DNA from: Somniosus microcephalus
Taxonomy: Eukaryota
Reading direction: 5' to 3'
Length of the DNA stretch: 64,000 nucleotides
Assembly (NCBI GenBank): GCA_052327205.1
Contig: CM126210.1
Location: 24,924,001 to 24,988,000 of the forward strand
A model generated the notes under the pieces. That model searched no databases, was not told the DNA's origin, and saw only the letters and a list, made by a program, of their open reading frames with translations. Both the position numbers and the translations under genes were made by a program. This document shows, piece by piece, positions 1-12,564 of this stretch (its first letter is position 1; the number at the start of each line of letters is the position of its first letter).

Positions 1-1224
1 TAGTGCTTCCCTCCAACTTCACCCTGTCCAGGTAATGTTCACCATCTTTCGAGTCCTCTTGCATATTGTATCACAAATACAAAAAAAATTACTACCCCTG
101 CTGAAATTTATTCTATTAAAATGGAATGCTTAAATCTGATTTTTCCATAAAATACAGGATTTCAAATTGGGAACCCAAAAAAGGGTATTGCGGGATTAGG
201 TGTATTTACTTTGTGAAATGAACACAGGACTTGGATTTCGTCACTTCAAGAATACTTGCATGTTTCATCACTTTTCCATTACAGTGCAAAACAGCAATAA
301 GCTGAAGATCATGAATATGTGCTCAAGATTATGGTATCTCCGATATGACAAGTAATACTCAACTGTATTGGTAGTACACTGCAGGTCCATCGACATACAA
401 AAAAGGTATGTTAACATTTTAGTCTATATGCCCTTTGTCAGAACTCAAAATGTTACCATGTTTACTTTTTCAGATGCTGTACTACTAGCATTTTCTGCTT
501 TTATTTCAGATTTCCATCATTTGCAGTTTTTTCTTTCAAACATTTTGTTGCGTTTGCTATGTACAAGCTAACTTTTGCACCAACACATTGTCTGCTTAGA
601 CATGTTATGCTATATGATTGCATCCCCAGTTTAAAAATATAATTGACCTGTTCTATGGTTCACTATGTATTTTTGAAGCTGCTAATATGAAAAGAAAAAG
701 TGGCACCCATGTAAATAGTCAACACAAGCTCACGCTTTAAGTAGTAAAAAGCAAAATTATTCCCATTATGGTCATGAGCAGATGCCTTGAAGTACATCAG
801 GGTTTGACACTTTTACCTGAGCTAATCATAACAAAACACTAGAGGTATGTGCACTACATGGGAGAATGAGCCAACTGTTGCAGGTTTGAGCTCACTAATT
901 GCATGGTAAATAGCATAACTAGCTCAGCAACATTACTGCTGGTTCCTCAATTGTAAAGCATCCAAGGCACAGCAAGTGCATCAAGTAACATTCCTGCAGT
1001 CTGTCAGTGGGCTAAATAAAATGCTGACAGAACAATTAACTCTCACTTAACATACACACAGTGCACAAAAAGAAAATTAATTCCCCAGTATTTAGGATTA
1101 GGCACTCACCCAAATGTTGCTAGTGAAAAGGGCTTACTTTAAATATTCTCCTAATGATAAAGCTGGGATGCGGAAGAAAGAGAGGAAAAAAAGGTAGCAA
1201 GCAGGCGAGGGGGAAGCAGAGATG

Positions 1225-1233
1225 GGGAGAAAG

Positions 1234-1265
<32 letters not shown>

Positions 1266-1273
1266 AGAGAGAG
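1225..1273. repeat. (GA)n microsatellite
   Basis: Run of gagagaga with a few interruptions. Confidence 0.9.
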
Positions 1274-1608
1274 AAAAACCATGGTTTCTTAATACAATAT
1301 TGTAAGATTAATGGATCAAATCACATTTCAATGTTTTGAAGCAGACAGTGCTTGTTAATACAGTGCAAAGTTCATTTAATGCAAAACCACGGCAATTTAC
1401 TATTCAATATTAAAATAATCTGACATACTCCTAAATACCCTTATGAACAGAGGAGGGTGCAAGGATTTGAGTTATTAATTTTTCAGGTGTCTACATGCAG
1501 GGTAATGCCTTCAAAAAATTTTCAACATCTTGCAATCTATGTTTCACTGATATTTAAACAGATCTACAGTATATTAATCTCAGCTCTATCAATAAATCTA
1601 TTGGATTA

Positions 1609-1741
1609 CAAAAGCAAAATACTGCAGATGCTGGAAATCTGAAATAAAAACAGAAAATGCTGGAAAAACTCAGCAGGTCAGGCAGCATCTGTAGAGAGAA
1701 AAAGAGATTTAACGTTTCAGGTCGATGACCTTTCGTCAGAC
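1609..1741 (-). mobile_element. Penelope-like pLTR fragment with hammerhead core, flanked by 11-bp near-perfect duplication
   Basis: Family sequence gcaaaatactgcagatgctggaaatctgaaataaaaacagaaaatgctgg... is flanked by ctattggatta (1598-1608) and ctattagatta (1742-1752). Confidence 0.8.
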
Positions 1742-1879
1742 CTATTAGATTATATGCTGTCAAAGGACTTTGAAATACTAGGTTGAAAACAAAATAACTT
1801 CAGTGGAGCACTAAAGCATCTATGCATTTTTTAGGTAATTAATAAATGACTGCTATGACTGAAAAGTGCTGTTACTAAC

Positions 1880-2003
1880 TTGTCTTTCATTTCAAAGCGT
1901 CCATGTAACCACCTCTTCAGGAAAATAGCTTCCTCTGGAACTTCTTTCACATCTACACGCTCAAAGAAAATGTGTATCCTTGGACACTCCCTACACAAGA
2001 ATT
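1880..2003 (-). CDS. AGPAT5: AGPAT5 internal coding exon (probably exon 7), 124 bp, phase 1/2
   Basis: ttcacag|AATTCTTG...GACAA|gttagt translates to (E)FLCRECPRIHIFFERVDVKEVPEEAIFLKRWLHGRFEMKD, the acyltransferase C-terminal domain. It joins in frame with the 162-bp exon. Confidence 0.95.
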
Positions 2004-3008
2004 CTGTGAATCAAAGAAACAATTAACTGTAGATGTAAGACAAGGAAAGGCATTAATATAGTTGTTAATTGTGCTAGTGTTAAGAAAATACAATTTTTCA
2101 AAATAACTGCCCTAGAGTGCAGGTGGTTCAGAAGAACTGTGAAAGGAATGTTTGTCTTCAATTTCTAACTCGGTATTTTATACTTGGTTTCTTTTTGGAG
2201 TTGATTCTTCATATATGTTCCAATATACTCAAACAAAGCAAAAGGCAATTAAGTGTAAAACACATGCTCACTACTGTCATCTGATTAGCTTGCACTTATT
2301 GTAAATGATGGGGAGAACAAGAGCATTTCAGCTTCATGGCTCTTAAAATCCAAACATACTGAAACAAATAGAAGAAAAAAAATGTACAGGAACACCAGCT
2401 ATATTATTTAACTTGACGTGATCCAGCAATGTGCGAGACAGAGTCCCCCTCCCAAGATTTTTCAATATTGATAGTTCAACGGACATCACCACTGCCACGG
2501 AGTAGAATTGCAACAACAGCTCCAGAGGTCTTTGCTCCTGACTTCTCTCCTAGAGTCCTCGGAGTATCCCAACCATAAAGCAAGTCTTCATGTACGAAAA
2601 ACTATCGTGTCCAACATACAAACTACCTGTTCAGAAACTCCACTCATTAGGATGACATTACACAACACGGCCATAAAAGTAATTGCAACAAAAAGCACTG
2701 AAAGAAGCCATTTTACATCATCTCAATTTAATTCCCATTCCTTTTCACAGGTTCATTCCATTTTGAAGCAATGAAATACTACCATTTTACCATGACAACT
2801 TAAAAGCACGACTCAACTGACCTATATATCTACACAAAATGTGCTAACAACCCAGAAAGGCACTTGTATGGAAATGTAGTTATACCGTGAAGCCTGCGGA
2901 TTAAGGGTTTGTATCACAGATGGTATACAAAAAACTCAGTATATAAGTGGAGTCACTGCAATGCGGCACTTCCAGTCGGCAGTAGCGTTCACATGGAGCA
3001 TGTCTAGG

Positions 3009-3090
3009 GAAATGGCAGGCGCGTAGCCCACGGTTTACCGTCCATTGAAATGAATGGATGAAAAATCATGGGCTATGTGCCTGCTATTTC
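3009..3090. repeat. 82-nt imperfect palindrome (hairpin MITE relic)
   Basis: Arms gaaatggcaggcgcgtagcccacggttt and aaatcatgggctatgtgcctgctatttc surround the centre ccattgaaatgaatgg. Confidence 0.75.
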
Positions 3091-3264
3091 TGGAGATGCA
3101 CTCCCTACAATGCCAGATCACAAAATCACCCCTATAGAAACACCACATATACTGAAACACCACATTTGTATACTTTGGATGGCAGTGGTTCTAATTTTTC
3201 ATGCATATTCATTGGTCTTCTGGGTTCTGTTTCCTGCAGTTTAGTGAGGCAAGCCAGATTCATT

Positions 3265-3487
3265 AATATAATAGCAAAATACTGCGGATGCTGGAAATCT
3301 GAAACAACAACAGAAAATGCTGGAAATACTCAGCAGGCCAGGCAGCATCCATGGAGAGAGAAACAGAGTTAACGTTTCAGGTCTGGGTTCTGACGAAGGG
3401 TCCCAGACCTGAAACGTTAACTCTGTTTGTTTCTCTCTCCACGGATGCTGCCTGGCCTGCTGAGTATTTCCAGCATTTTCTGTTGTT
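3265..3487. mobile_element. Fold-back Penelope-like element (inverted pLTR pair) with 14-bp TSD
   Basis: An inverted repeat of about 80 bp is centred on about 3395. A perfect flanking direct repeat aagccagattcatt sits at 3251-3264 and 3488-3501. Confidence 0.85.
3385..3423 (+). ncRNA. Minimal type I hammerhead ribozyme motif
   Basis: gggtt-CTGACGA-a-gggtc(cca)gacct-GAAACGTT-aactc. Both core boxes, stem II, a 5-bp stem I and a palindromic ACGT stem III are present. Activity is untested. Confidence 0.65.
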
Positions 3488-4814
3488 AAGCCAGATTCAT
3501 TGCCTCTTTGAGAATTGGCATGGTAATAATCACTTAAAACTGCTGTAAATGAGCATGCAAAAAGAAACAAATACCAAATAACAAATTTTACTGCAACGGA
3601 TTTTAAGCATTTCTCAAAGAATCTTGCGCAGTGGGAATATTGTAAAGTTAAAATGGATGACTTCCTTTATTATTGTCAATCTTATAGCAAGCAAATGGAT
3701 AGTAAAATTGAGACCCCCAAACTTGCTTGGAATAAACAGAGTTCAGTTTAAGGGTGGATATTTAAAAAGAAATACTTGCACATGATCTGGAACTCAAAAG
3801 TCACTCTCTCATGTAGTACTTGTGCCATTTGACTACACATTTATCGCACACCGCTATCTTAATATATTATGTTATAATTTGATGGGTAGTTAACAAGGCA
3901 GTTAACGCCATATTGGAAACCACAGCAATTTGCAATTTCTGTTACAGAATGTGACACAAGTGATGATGAGAAATGAAGCGAGGGGAAAGAATGGGAGAAG
4001 CAAAAACCCAGCAAGATAACAAAGTGCGTCATGGATTCACGAATACAGGTTTGCAAGTGAGTTGAACCAACAGAGTTGTGTGCTTGTCTTACTACAGTAT
4101 TAATTTGCACCACTTTTTGGATGATTAACTTAACCCAATAGATATGGTTAGGACAACTCCCTTATATGGATATATGCAGTTTCTCCCAGATGTTCAACTT
4201 TTTTAACGTGACACACGACCCACTTAAGCGGCACATGGAATATCAGCAGCGATTTGCTACAGTTTAAGTGAAATGAGCGTCCTCCGCGATTGTAAGAATT
4301 CTGCAGTTTGTCAGCTTTGGTCAGAGTGAAGGAAAACGGACCTAGACTTTCTAATGCCATTTGGCAGAGTTCAATGGGAGGTGGGAGAGTGATTCTTGGA
4401 AACCAGAAGGCAAAACAAAAATCTGCCAGACTCGCATTGGAATCCTGGCTAGTTGCAAGGATGACTGCAGTTTGCAGATGAAAAAAAAGTTTCGCAGTTC
4501 TGAAAGCATGAGGACCATCACACTTTTCCTCTTCCTCAGATCTCCCTGATACCCAATTAGAAATGCGTAGATATGCAGACATCACAACTTTCTGGGCATC
4601 ATGCTGGACTGAATGGGATAATTTGGTACACATCCTCGAGGTCCATGGACGCACCTGAATATTCTGCTTTGGCATTATCCTCTCATGACTAGTTCAAAAG
4701 CCTTTAGGGAAGCAAAAAGCAATAAGAATTACTAAACAATTAACTACCCCATTAATCTGCAATATATAACTATTTGATAAGTTTCATTATAAATTTACTT
4801 CATCAATTTATATT

Positions 4815-5565
4815 GGCCCAGAAATTCGGGTCGGGGGCTTCCCGCGGGTGCAAGCCCCCGACCTGCACTTACCTTGCGCGCCGGCAGTTGAGCTGTAGGG
4901 CCCCGTGGAATTCCGATCCGGGGCCTGGCCCAGCTACCGGCGCGCAGTGCTTGCGTGTCCCGGGGCGTAGTTAGTGCGATGCATCCCCTGGGATCACGTG
5001 GGCCATGGGCAGCCAATTAGCGCAGGGAAAAGCCCATTCATAAGTAGTGACAGGAAAACCTGTGAAAACTTATAAATACTACGGCCCCAAAATAGTAGTA
5101 AACCTTCAAATAAATTTTAAAAAATCATCACACTTTTTAAATAAACTATAAATTACATTAAACAACTATTTAAATTTTTGAAAAAAATAATTTCACATTC
5201 AAACGGGGCTAAAAATAAACTTACCTTGCTTTAAAGTATTTAAAAATAATAAACCTGTGGAAAAAATGTTTTAATTTTAATTAATTGACCACTTACCTTT
5301 TAAAATGCAGGCCTTACACCTGGTTTTTACATTTCTAAAATCTAAAGACTTACTCTCACGGAAAATCCTGTAAAAAAACGTAACTTCAAAGCGCATGCGC
5401 AGACTCCCGCGTGCACGCATTCGACCTCTGAACCCCTTTGTTCAGAGGATCGGAAGTACCGGTTTCCCGCGCATGCGCAGTGCATGCAGGAAACCGGCAC
5501 TTCCATCGGGCCCACGCGCGAGTACCCCGTGTGTACTCACCCGTGGAGACCCGAATTTCTGGGCC
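4815..5565. mobile_element. MITE, PIF/Harbinger-like, family A copy 1
   Basis: Perfect 18-bp TIR ggcccagaaattcgggtc / gacccgaatttctgggcc with ATT on both sides. Colinear with the copy at 63125-63845. Confidence 0.9.
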
Positions 5566-5671
5566 ATTAAAGCATTAAATTGATCTATTTGAAAATTATA
5601 AATTGCAGACTATCCAAAAGACATTGGGTCTGAACAAGTAGTTGATAAAATTGATAAGCTTCTGACAATTT

Positions 5672-6860
5672 CATAGAACCGTAGAAACTTACAGCACAGA
5701 ATGAGGCCATTTGGCCCGTCGTGCCTGTGCTGGCTCTTTGAAAGAGCAGTCGTGCTTAGTCCGACATTCCCCTTTTTTGTCCGTAGCCCTGCAAGTTCCT
5801 CATCCTCAGGTACCTGCCCAACTCCCTTTTAAAATTATTTATGGAATCAGCTTCCACCACCTTTTCAGGTAGAGTGTTCCAGATTCCGACAAAACTCTGC
5901 AAGAAAAAAGTTCTCCTCATCTCCTCCTCTAGATCTTTTGTCAATGATTTTAAATCTATGACCTCTGATTATTGACCCACTCACCAAAGGGAATACTATT
6001 TCTCTATCTACTCCATCAAAACCTCTGTCAGCTCTTAACCTTCTCTGTTCCAAGGAGAACAGTCCTAACCTTTCTAACCTCTCCTCATAACTGAAGTCCC
6101 TCGTCCCTGGTAAACCCCCTATGTACCTTTTCTAAGGCCTTTACATCTTTCCTGAAGTGTGCTGCCCAGAATTGTCTACAATACCACCTCCCAAGCCCGC
6201 AACCTCTACCACCTCGCAGGCGCATGGGAACACCATCACCTCCAAATCACACACTATCCTGACTTGGAAATATATCGCCGCTCCTTCATTGTCGCTGGGT
6301 CAAAATCCTGGAACACTCTCCCCAACAGCACTGTGGGAGTATCCTCACCACACAGACTTCAGTGGTTCAAGGTGGCTCACCACCACCTTCTCAAGGGCAA
6401 TAAATGCTGGCCTTGCCAGCAAAACCCACATCCCAGGAACAACTAAAAAGAAAATCCTCCAGCTGAGGCCTAACCAGTGATTTACAAAGTTCTAGCACGA
6501 TCTCTGCTTTTATATTCTATTCCTCTTTTTACAATCCTAAGTAGCCCATATGCTTTTTTAATCACCTTATCAACTTGCCATGCCACCTTTAAGGATTTGT
6601 GCAAATGGACACTGAGGTCTCGCTGCTCATCTACACTTTTCAAAATTGTGCCATTTATAGTGTACTGTCTTTCCATACGAGGCCTCCCAAAGTGCATCAC
6701 TTCACAATTCGCCGCATTGAACTCCATCTGCCATCCTTCTGCCCATTTCACCAGCCTGAAGCCTATAACTATCCTCATCACTCTCCACGACTTTGCCAAA
6801 TTTCATATCATCTGCAAACTTTATAATGCTGCTCCCTACACCCGAGTCTAGGTCACTTAT
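5672..6860 (-). mobile_element. CR1 LINE 3' fragment, interrupted by another LINE tail
   Basis: Minus-strand ORFs contain KFADD, WQMEFN..CEVMHFG and GHRFK..FF..WNTLP, typical of the CR1 ORF2 C-terminus. The tail ends in (attctatg)-like repeats. Confidence 0.9.
6185..6455 (+). mobile_element. 3' end of a second non-LTR (CR1/L2-group) family inserted in the CR1
   Basis: Encodes SFIVAGSKSWNTLP..LQWFK and ends in an A-rich tail. Related copy in reverse at 42260-42475. Confidence 0.75.
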
Positions 6861-8059
6861 AAAAACTGAAAAATGTACTGAATCAACACCTTCCATCACA
6901 TTTCAACAGCACATTAGGATGCATTCAAACTAAACAACAGTTCCAGTAACCCAGACCAGTGATCTCTGTCCCATTAGTGGTTCAACTGAAAGTAAAGAGC
7001 AGCGCTATGATAAATGATTGCTCTGAAATTGCGCTGAACTAGGTGGTGAAGATTCTTATGTGCAGACTGAAATCAGCTGGGAAACTAACAGGGCTAACAA
7101 CAGGTAGTGAAGACAGCATCAGTGCTTAAGAGACACACATCAGCATCAGTGACACAACAGAGAAAGGCAGCATTCACAATAGATACAGAAGGAGGAAAGT
7201 AAAACCAGGTCTTAAATGCAACTCCAGAAATAAGATTAGACGAGATGAAAAAGCAACTTTTTGGCATTTAAAAAATATGCTTATTTTGAACTAGCATCTT
7301 TGAATTTGGTTCTTCCAGATCAGATACAGGATTGCCTTCTTTGAGATCACAGCTGTATTGTTTCTGTTTGCCAAAACCCACAAAAAAGTTACCATTAATG
7401 TTGTAAACAGTGACTAAATCTAGATGTGCTATTCACATTGATACCATCCCAGAGTATAAAAATAATGTCATGAGACAATCATTGAGAGGATGTTTATTGT
7501 TCAAAACTAAAGATTTTGGAGTTCGTCATTTTCAGTAAGTTTTTAGTCAAGAGGTTAGATCTCTTAGTGCAATTTTTTTCCTCAGTATGACTTTCATTAA
7601 ATTATTTTTACAATTGCTGGATAGTGCACTAAATGGCTAGCGTAGCACAGAAAAGTGACAATAAATTCCAGAAGGGAGCTTGTAAACCAGACATGACTAT
7701 GTAAGAGAGATTGAACCATCTTTACTGTGCATAGGCTGAAGGACAGCTGCATTTTCCCACCTGGTTGGAAGACTCACCATGAAATATATGTGGTCAATGT
7801 TTGCCATTCAAATTCACCTGGAGAGCTAGCTGGGTTTAGTAGGCATTGAGAAACGAACAAAAGTGCTTCTTTTTTTAACAAAATTGCATCCAAGAATGCT
7901 GGTGCAATTCATTTTTTTTTTTTTTTAATTGCACCTATGGATAACTGTGCTCTTATGGTAGACAAAATCAGGAAGTTACCAAGTTTGATCTCTGGTCTTT
8001 GCAGACCTCAGCAGGGCAGTGGTCAGGCTTTACACTTGCCTCAGTCCTTGAACATGGTG

Positions 8060-8970
8060 TCGTCTCCCAAATCCGTGCCCATCTTTCCTGCATCTCCATG
8101 CTTGAACCTCTCCAATCAGGTTTCTGCCCCTGCCACAGCACTAAAACGGTCGTAATCAGTCACAATTGACATCTGATGTGACTGTGGTGCATTATCCCTC
8201 AATCCGTTTGCTTCTCCAACGACCTTCCTCCATTGTTCAGCTGAGTGGGACTACCGCGTGGTAGTGGGCGGGAAGGGCTAAACCGGATAGCGCTCAACCT
8301 TGGCGTCCTATTTGACTGAGCTGAGCTTCCGGCCCCATATCCTCTCCAGCACAAAGACTGTCTACATCCACCTCTGTAATATCGCCAGACACCACCACCC
8401 CCCCACCCCCCCCCCAGTCCATCTGTTGCTGAAATCCTCATCCATGCTTTTGTTACCTCCAGATCGACTATTCCAACACGGTCCTGGCCAGCCTCCCATC
8501 TTCCACCCTCTATAAACTCAAGCTCATGCAAAACTCTGCTGCCCGTATCATTACTCTTACCAAATCCCATTCAGCCATTACTCTTGGCTCCTGGTCCACC
8601 AATGACTCAGTTTTAAAATTCTCATCCTCATGCTCAAATCCCTCCATGGCCTCGCTCCTACCTAACTCTAACCTCCTCCAGCCCTACGACCCTTGGAGAA
8701 CTCTGTGTTCCTCCAACTCTGGCCTCTTGTGCATCCCCCACTTTCTTCGCCCAATCATTGGCCCTCATGCCTTCAGCCGTTTAGGAATGGAATTCACTCA
8801 CTAAACCTCTCCACTGCTCTCTCCTCCTTTAAGACGCTTGTTAAAACCTACCTGTTTGACCTGTCCTAACATCTCTTCTTTTGGCTCAGTGTTAACTTTT
8901 GTCTGATTATGCTCCTGTGAAGCACCTCGGAGTACGTTAAAAGGTGTAATATAAATGCATGTTGTTGTTC
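8060..8970 (+). mobile_element. Decayed L2-type LINE 3' region
   Basis: QNSAARIIT..SH..IT motif and tail ctcctgtgaagcacct...atataaatgcatgttgttgtt. Shared with copies at 24470, 26170 and 48900. Confidence 0.75.
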
Positions 8971-9136
8971 TAAATCTCCGAGCTGGAGTTGGGGGTTGGG
9001 GGGGGGAAGAAAGAGGCGGACGGCACAATAATCAATCTGGTTTTCCAATCCCGACTGGTTATCCCTGCTGAAAAGCAAACATGCACGGTCAGCTAAAAAT
9101 AAAACTGGTCTCAGCTAGTATCGATGGTCAGATAGG

Positions 9137-9375
9137 TGGTTTCCTCCGGGTGCTCCGGTTTCCTCCCACAGTCCAAAGATGTGCGGGTTAGGTTGATTGG
9201 CTATGATAAATTGACCCTTAGTGTTAGGGGGATTAAATACGTGGGGTTACGGGGATAGGGTGGGATATGTGTTGGTGTAGGGGTTACGGGGATCGGGTGG
9301 GATATGTGTCGGTGCAGGCTCGATGGGCCGAAATGGCCTCTATCTGCACTGTGGGGTTTCTGTGATTCTGTGATA
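9137..9375 (+). mobile_element. 5'-truncated V-SINE (shark HE1-like) with CR1-type tail
   Basis: V-domain ggtttcctccgggtgctccggtttcctcccacagtccaaaga and tail gatgggccgaaatggcctc. Internal tandem duplication of about 37 bp. Confidence 0.85.
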
Positions 9376-10209
9376 GTGTGCCGATATCCAGGAGATACAG
9401 ACCATTGTAGGCTGCAAAAAGGCCACTAACATACAGGAAAACATTCATTGTGAACAGCTGAGGGGAAAAAAGTACTTTAAAGGACGTGGTAGTGGGCGGG
9501 AAGGGGTAGAAAAAACAAACTTCACTACAACATGGAGACTTTTGGTTTCTTCCCATGAAACTTTGAGCGGACTAAACATCCAATACAGCTGAAACTCAAA
9601 GTTGCAAGTCTTGCAATGGAAATGCATTAGTTGGCACTGCTTATACCTCAATGATGCACCCTTTCGTCTGCGATTTTGCTGGTTTCAAAATAGTATTTTA
9701 TGATCTATAGTACTGTGATTACAGTTGATATTTTGTAAAAAAGTCACAGTATTTAAAAAATGATACCAGGGATTATTCATACTATTGTTAGTACACTGAA
9801 CAAAAATCTGAAATGTAAAATCATGCAATATTAGCACATGAATCATAACATGGTCATTTGAGGCATAGTACAGATTGGAGCCAATTTTCTCTGCTATACG
9901 CTAGTTGAAACAGCTGGGTTTTATCATAGAAATCACAAGGGAACACTGGCAGTCCCAAGAACTTTTCATTTCACATCACTTGAACTTCCCCAAGGGCTTT
10001 CTAAATCCAACTTTGCTGCAATATAACTAATCCTGCAGTGTTTTAGATAAATTGCAGTTAACCAACAGATACTTTTCAGCATTTTAACTCGGTATTCTAG
10101 TTCTTACAATCTTTTAAATTCCATGGCTCCGAGCTGATAAAAAAAAAAACATACATGCGTGGATCTATTTTTTAAATGCTGCCAAACACCAGGTTACGTT
10201 GTAGGTAGA

Positions 10210-10645
10210 ATCATAGCGAGAATGTAACCGGGGTTGAGGCACTAGTTATAAAGAGAATTGAGAAATTAGAATTTTGGTTCACTCGAACCTGATCAAGATT
10301 GCAAAGGAATATGATGAGGTAAATAGTGATGGACTATTTCCACTGGTGAGATGGCAACAAGGCGGCACACATTCAAGATAATTACAAAAAGGATAAAAAG
10401 GTAAGATTAGAAAAAAGTTCTTTATACAGGGTGTGATTGGAACGTGCAATTCTCTGCAACAAATCGTTGTTGAAGCAGTCCATAAACTCTCCTGAGAGGG
10501 GAATTACACAGTTGCTTGAAAAGGAGAATACTAAAAGGTACAAGGAGTGAGTAGGAGTGTGGGATTAGGCCAGGTGGCTCATGTGAAGAAAAACAGTGGT
10601 GCAGACTTGATGCCCTGTTTCTGAACTGCAACATGCTATGATTTT
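10210..10645 (+). mobile_element. Old CR1 3' fragment
   Basis: Degenerate CR1 C-terminal coding sequence and tail ending gctatgattttat. Confidence 0.7.
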
Positions 10646-11269
10646 ATAGGCCATCTTTTAGAAATGAAGGTCACATCGTTAAAAGCTTTCTAAGTTACAT
10701 GATAAGACATTAGGCCAAGAATACCTTGAGCCTCCCATTTTAGGTACAGCTATAACCAAAATCATCAACATATTGTTAGAACTGAAGTTAACAGGCATTA
10801 TATCATCATGGTCACCATTTGTACTGAGAAAGGTAGAATAAAACTTTTTGGGGAGGTGGTAATTCCTCCTCTTCCCATACGACAGTATGAAATTCGTAAC
10901 TATAATTATCTTCCACAATTCAATAAAAGAGTCCTAGTCAAACAAACGAACAAACACATTTGTCCCATTTCTTCTGAAAACTTCTATCTCAGAGAAAAAA
11001 AGTTAGTTTATCCACCTTGAGCTACTTTCATTGTATAGGCTTGAAAAACATCTGCATAACAACTACATGGAAGAATCCACATCCTAAAGCAGAATTGCTC
11101 TGACCTTGTTGCTAAGGACATGAATATGACACAGGTATCCTAGCTCATCAACAATTACCTCATGTCACTGTTGTGGTGTAGGTTTCATTGGTATATGAAG
11201 TATAATGATGGATATACATTACACTACATATTATTCACTCTCTGAATTTGGTTCATCAGTTTCCCAATA

Positions 11270-11754
11270 CAGGTAACTATCCCTTATCTGAAAGCCTTGG
11301 GGCCAGCTGAGTTTTGGTTTTCGGAATTTTTCGGATTTCAGAAGGTATTATTATAAGACTGGGAAATTTGTATTTAATATAAATTGTAAAAGTTCAGGCT
11401 ACCTCTTGCGACTGTTCCGTGTCTCATCCCCCTTCCTGCTTCTCTGGAAAGCCGGATATCGGCTGACTCCTACTAAGCTGGCCCGCAAATCAGGTCAGGG
11501 GGGTGGGGGGGGGGGGGAGGGAAAAGAATATCGGACGGGCCGCTGTATTGTTGGGTTCACTCTCCCAGTACCTCCTTCACACTGCCCGGCTCGGCCTGCA
11601 ATCTCCTACCCGGGAGGGAACTCTGTGACCCTCTGCCCTGCTCAGCGTAAGTCGTGCGCCACTCTGGTCATGTCATGCGCATGACTTACGCTGAACAAAA
11701 AAACTTTCGGTTTTTAGAGGTTTTCGGAAGTTCGGATAAAGGATAGTCTACCTG
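11270..11754. mobile_element. Tc1/mariner (Tigger-like) MITE
   Basis: TIR caggtaactatcccttatctgaa / ttcggataaaggatagtctacctg with TA on both sides. Subterminal tttcggatt repeats recall Tigger4/MER46 termini. Confidence 0.85.
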
Positions 11755-12302
11755 TACCATACTTAACTTGATAGCATGCTTTCCTGCTCTCTGTACATAA
11801 TTAGGTTTATATACAGTTTGTAAGAAAAAATTCTCATTGTTTGATAAATATTTGAAAAACCCTTATGCTTTAAAAAAAAGATGTACATCCTTCTTGAATA
11901 ACATGACAGGATAACAGTTTAGGAAATAGTTTGAGATATGGGCAGAAATCTGCCACATTCCTACACTCATTTCAGGTGAGATGAAGGCTTGGCTGACTGA
12001 GACCTGGAATGCACCTACTCTTCTAGCTAAGCTAGAGCTACAAGCAATGCTGGCTTTCCAATACAAACACTATACACAAGCCATAATTTAGAAAGTAAGC
12101 TACATCCATTTCTGGTCGGACCAGATTTCTTTGGTGGGGGGGGGGGGGGGGGGGGGTGATAAGAGAGAAGAGATAAACCCAAAACGAAGATGATTCAGTA
12201 TGCCAAACTCTTTCATAAAAGTAGTCACAAAATCCAATCCTTAGAGTTCCAACAGACCTAACCTATTGCAAATAATTTCAACCATAACACTTAAGTGAAT
12301 AA

Positions 12303-12448
12303 AATATGAAAATGCTGGAAATACTCAGCAAGTCAGGCAGCATCTGTGGAGAGAGAAACAGAGTTAATGTTTCAGGTCGATGACCCTTCGCCAGAACTGG
12401 AAAAAGCTCGAGATCGAACATATTTCCAGCATTTTCTGTTTTTATTTG
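12303..12448 (-). mobile_element. Penelope-like pLTR insertion with short inverted tail and 14-bp TSD
   Basis: acttaagtgaataa is duplicated at 12289-12302 and 12449-12462. Mutated hammerhead at 12362-12398. Confidence 0.85.
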
Positions 12449-12564
12449 ACTTAAGTGAATAATCTTGATCCAAGTGTCAAACTTTCTTTGGTTATTTGTT
12501 CACTGTTCAGGACATTGATGATTATTTGCCCAACAACCTCTTGCACAATACTGTTCATTAAAAT

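Noticed and set aside
1-90. Possible last AGPAT5 exon (LPGQG resembles FPG motif)
   Set aside because: There is an in-frame stop just upstream and no other similarity. The terminal exon must lie outside the window.
4148-4675. 175-aa minus-strand ORF
   Set aside because: No recognisable domain or convincing exon boundaries. Probably a chance ORF.
12135-12156. Long poly-G runs (also about 23155, 38945, 53317) as functional G-quadruplexes
   Set aside because: They are homopolymers with no other support, and their length may be affected by sequencing error.
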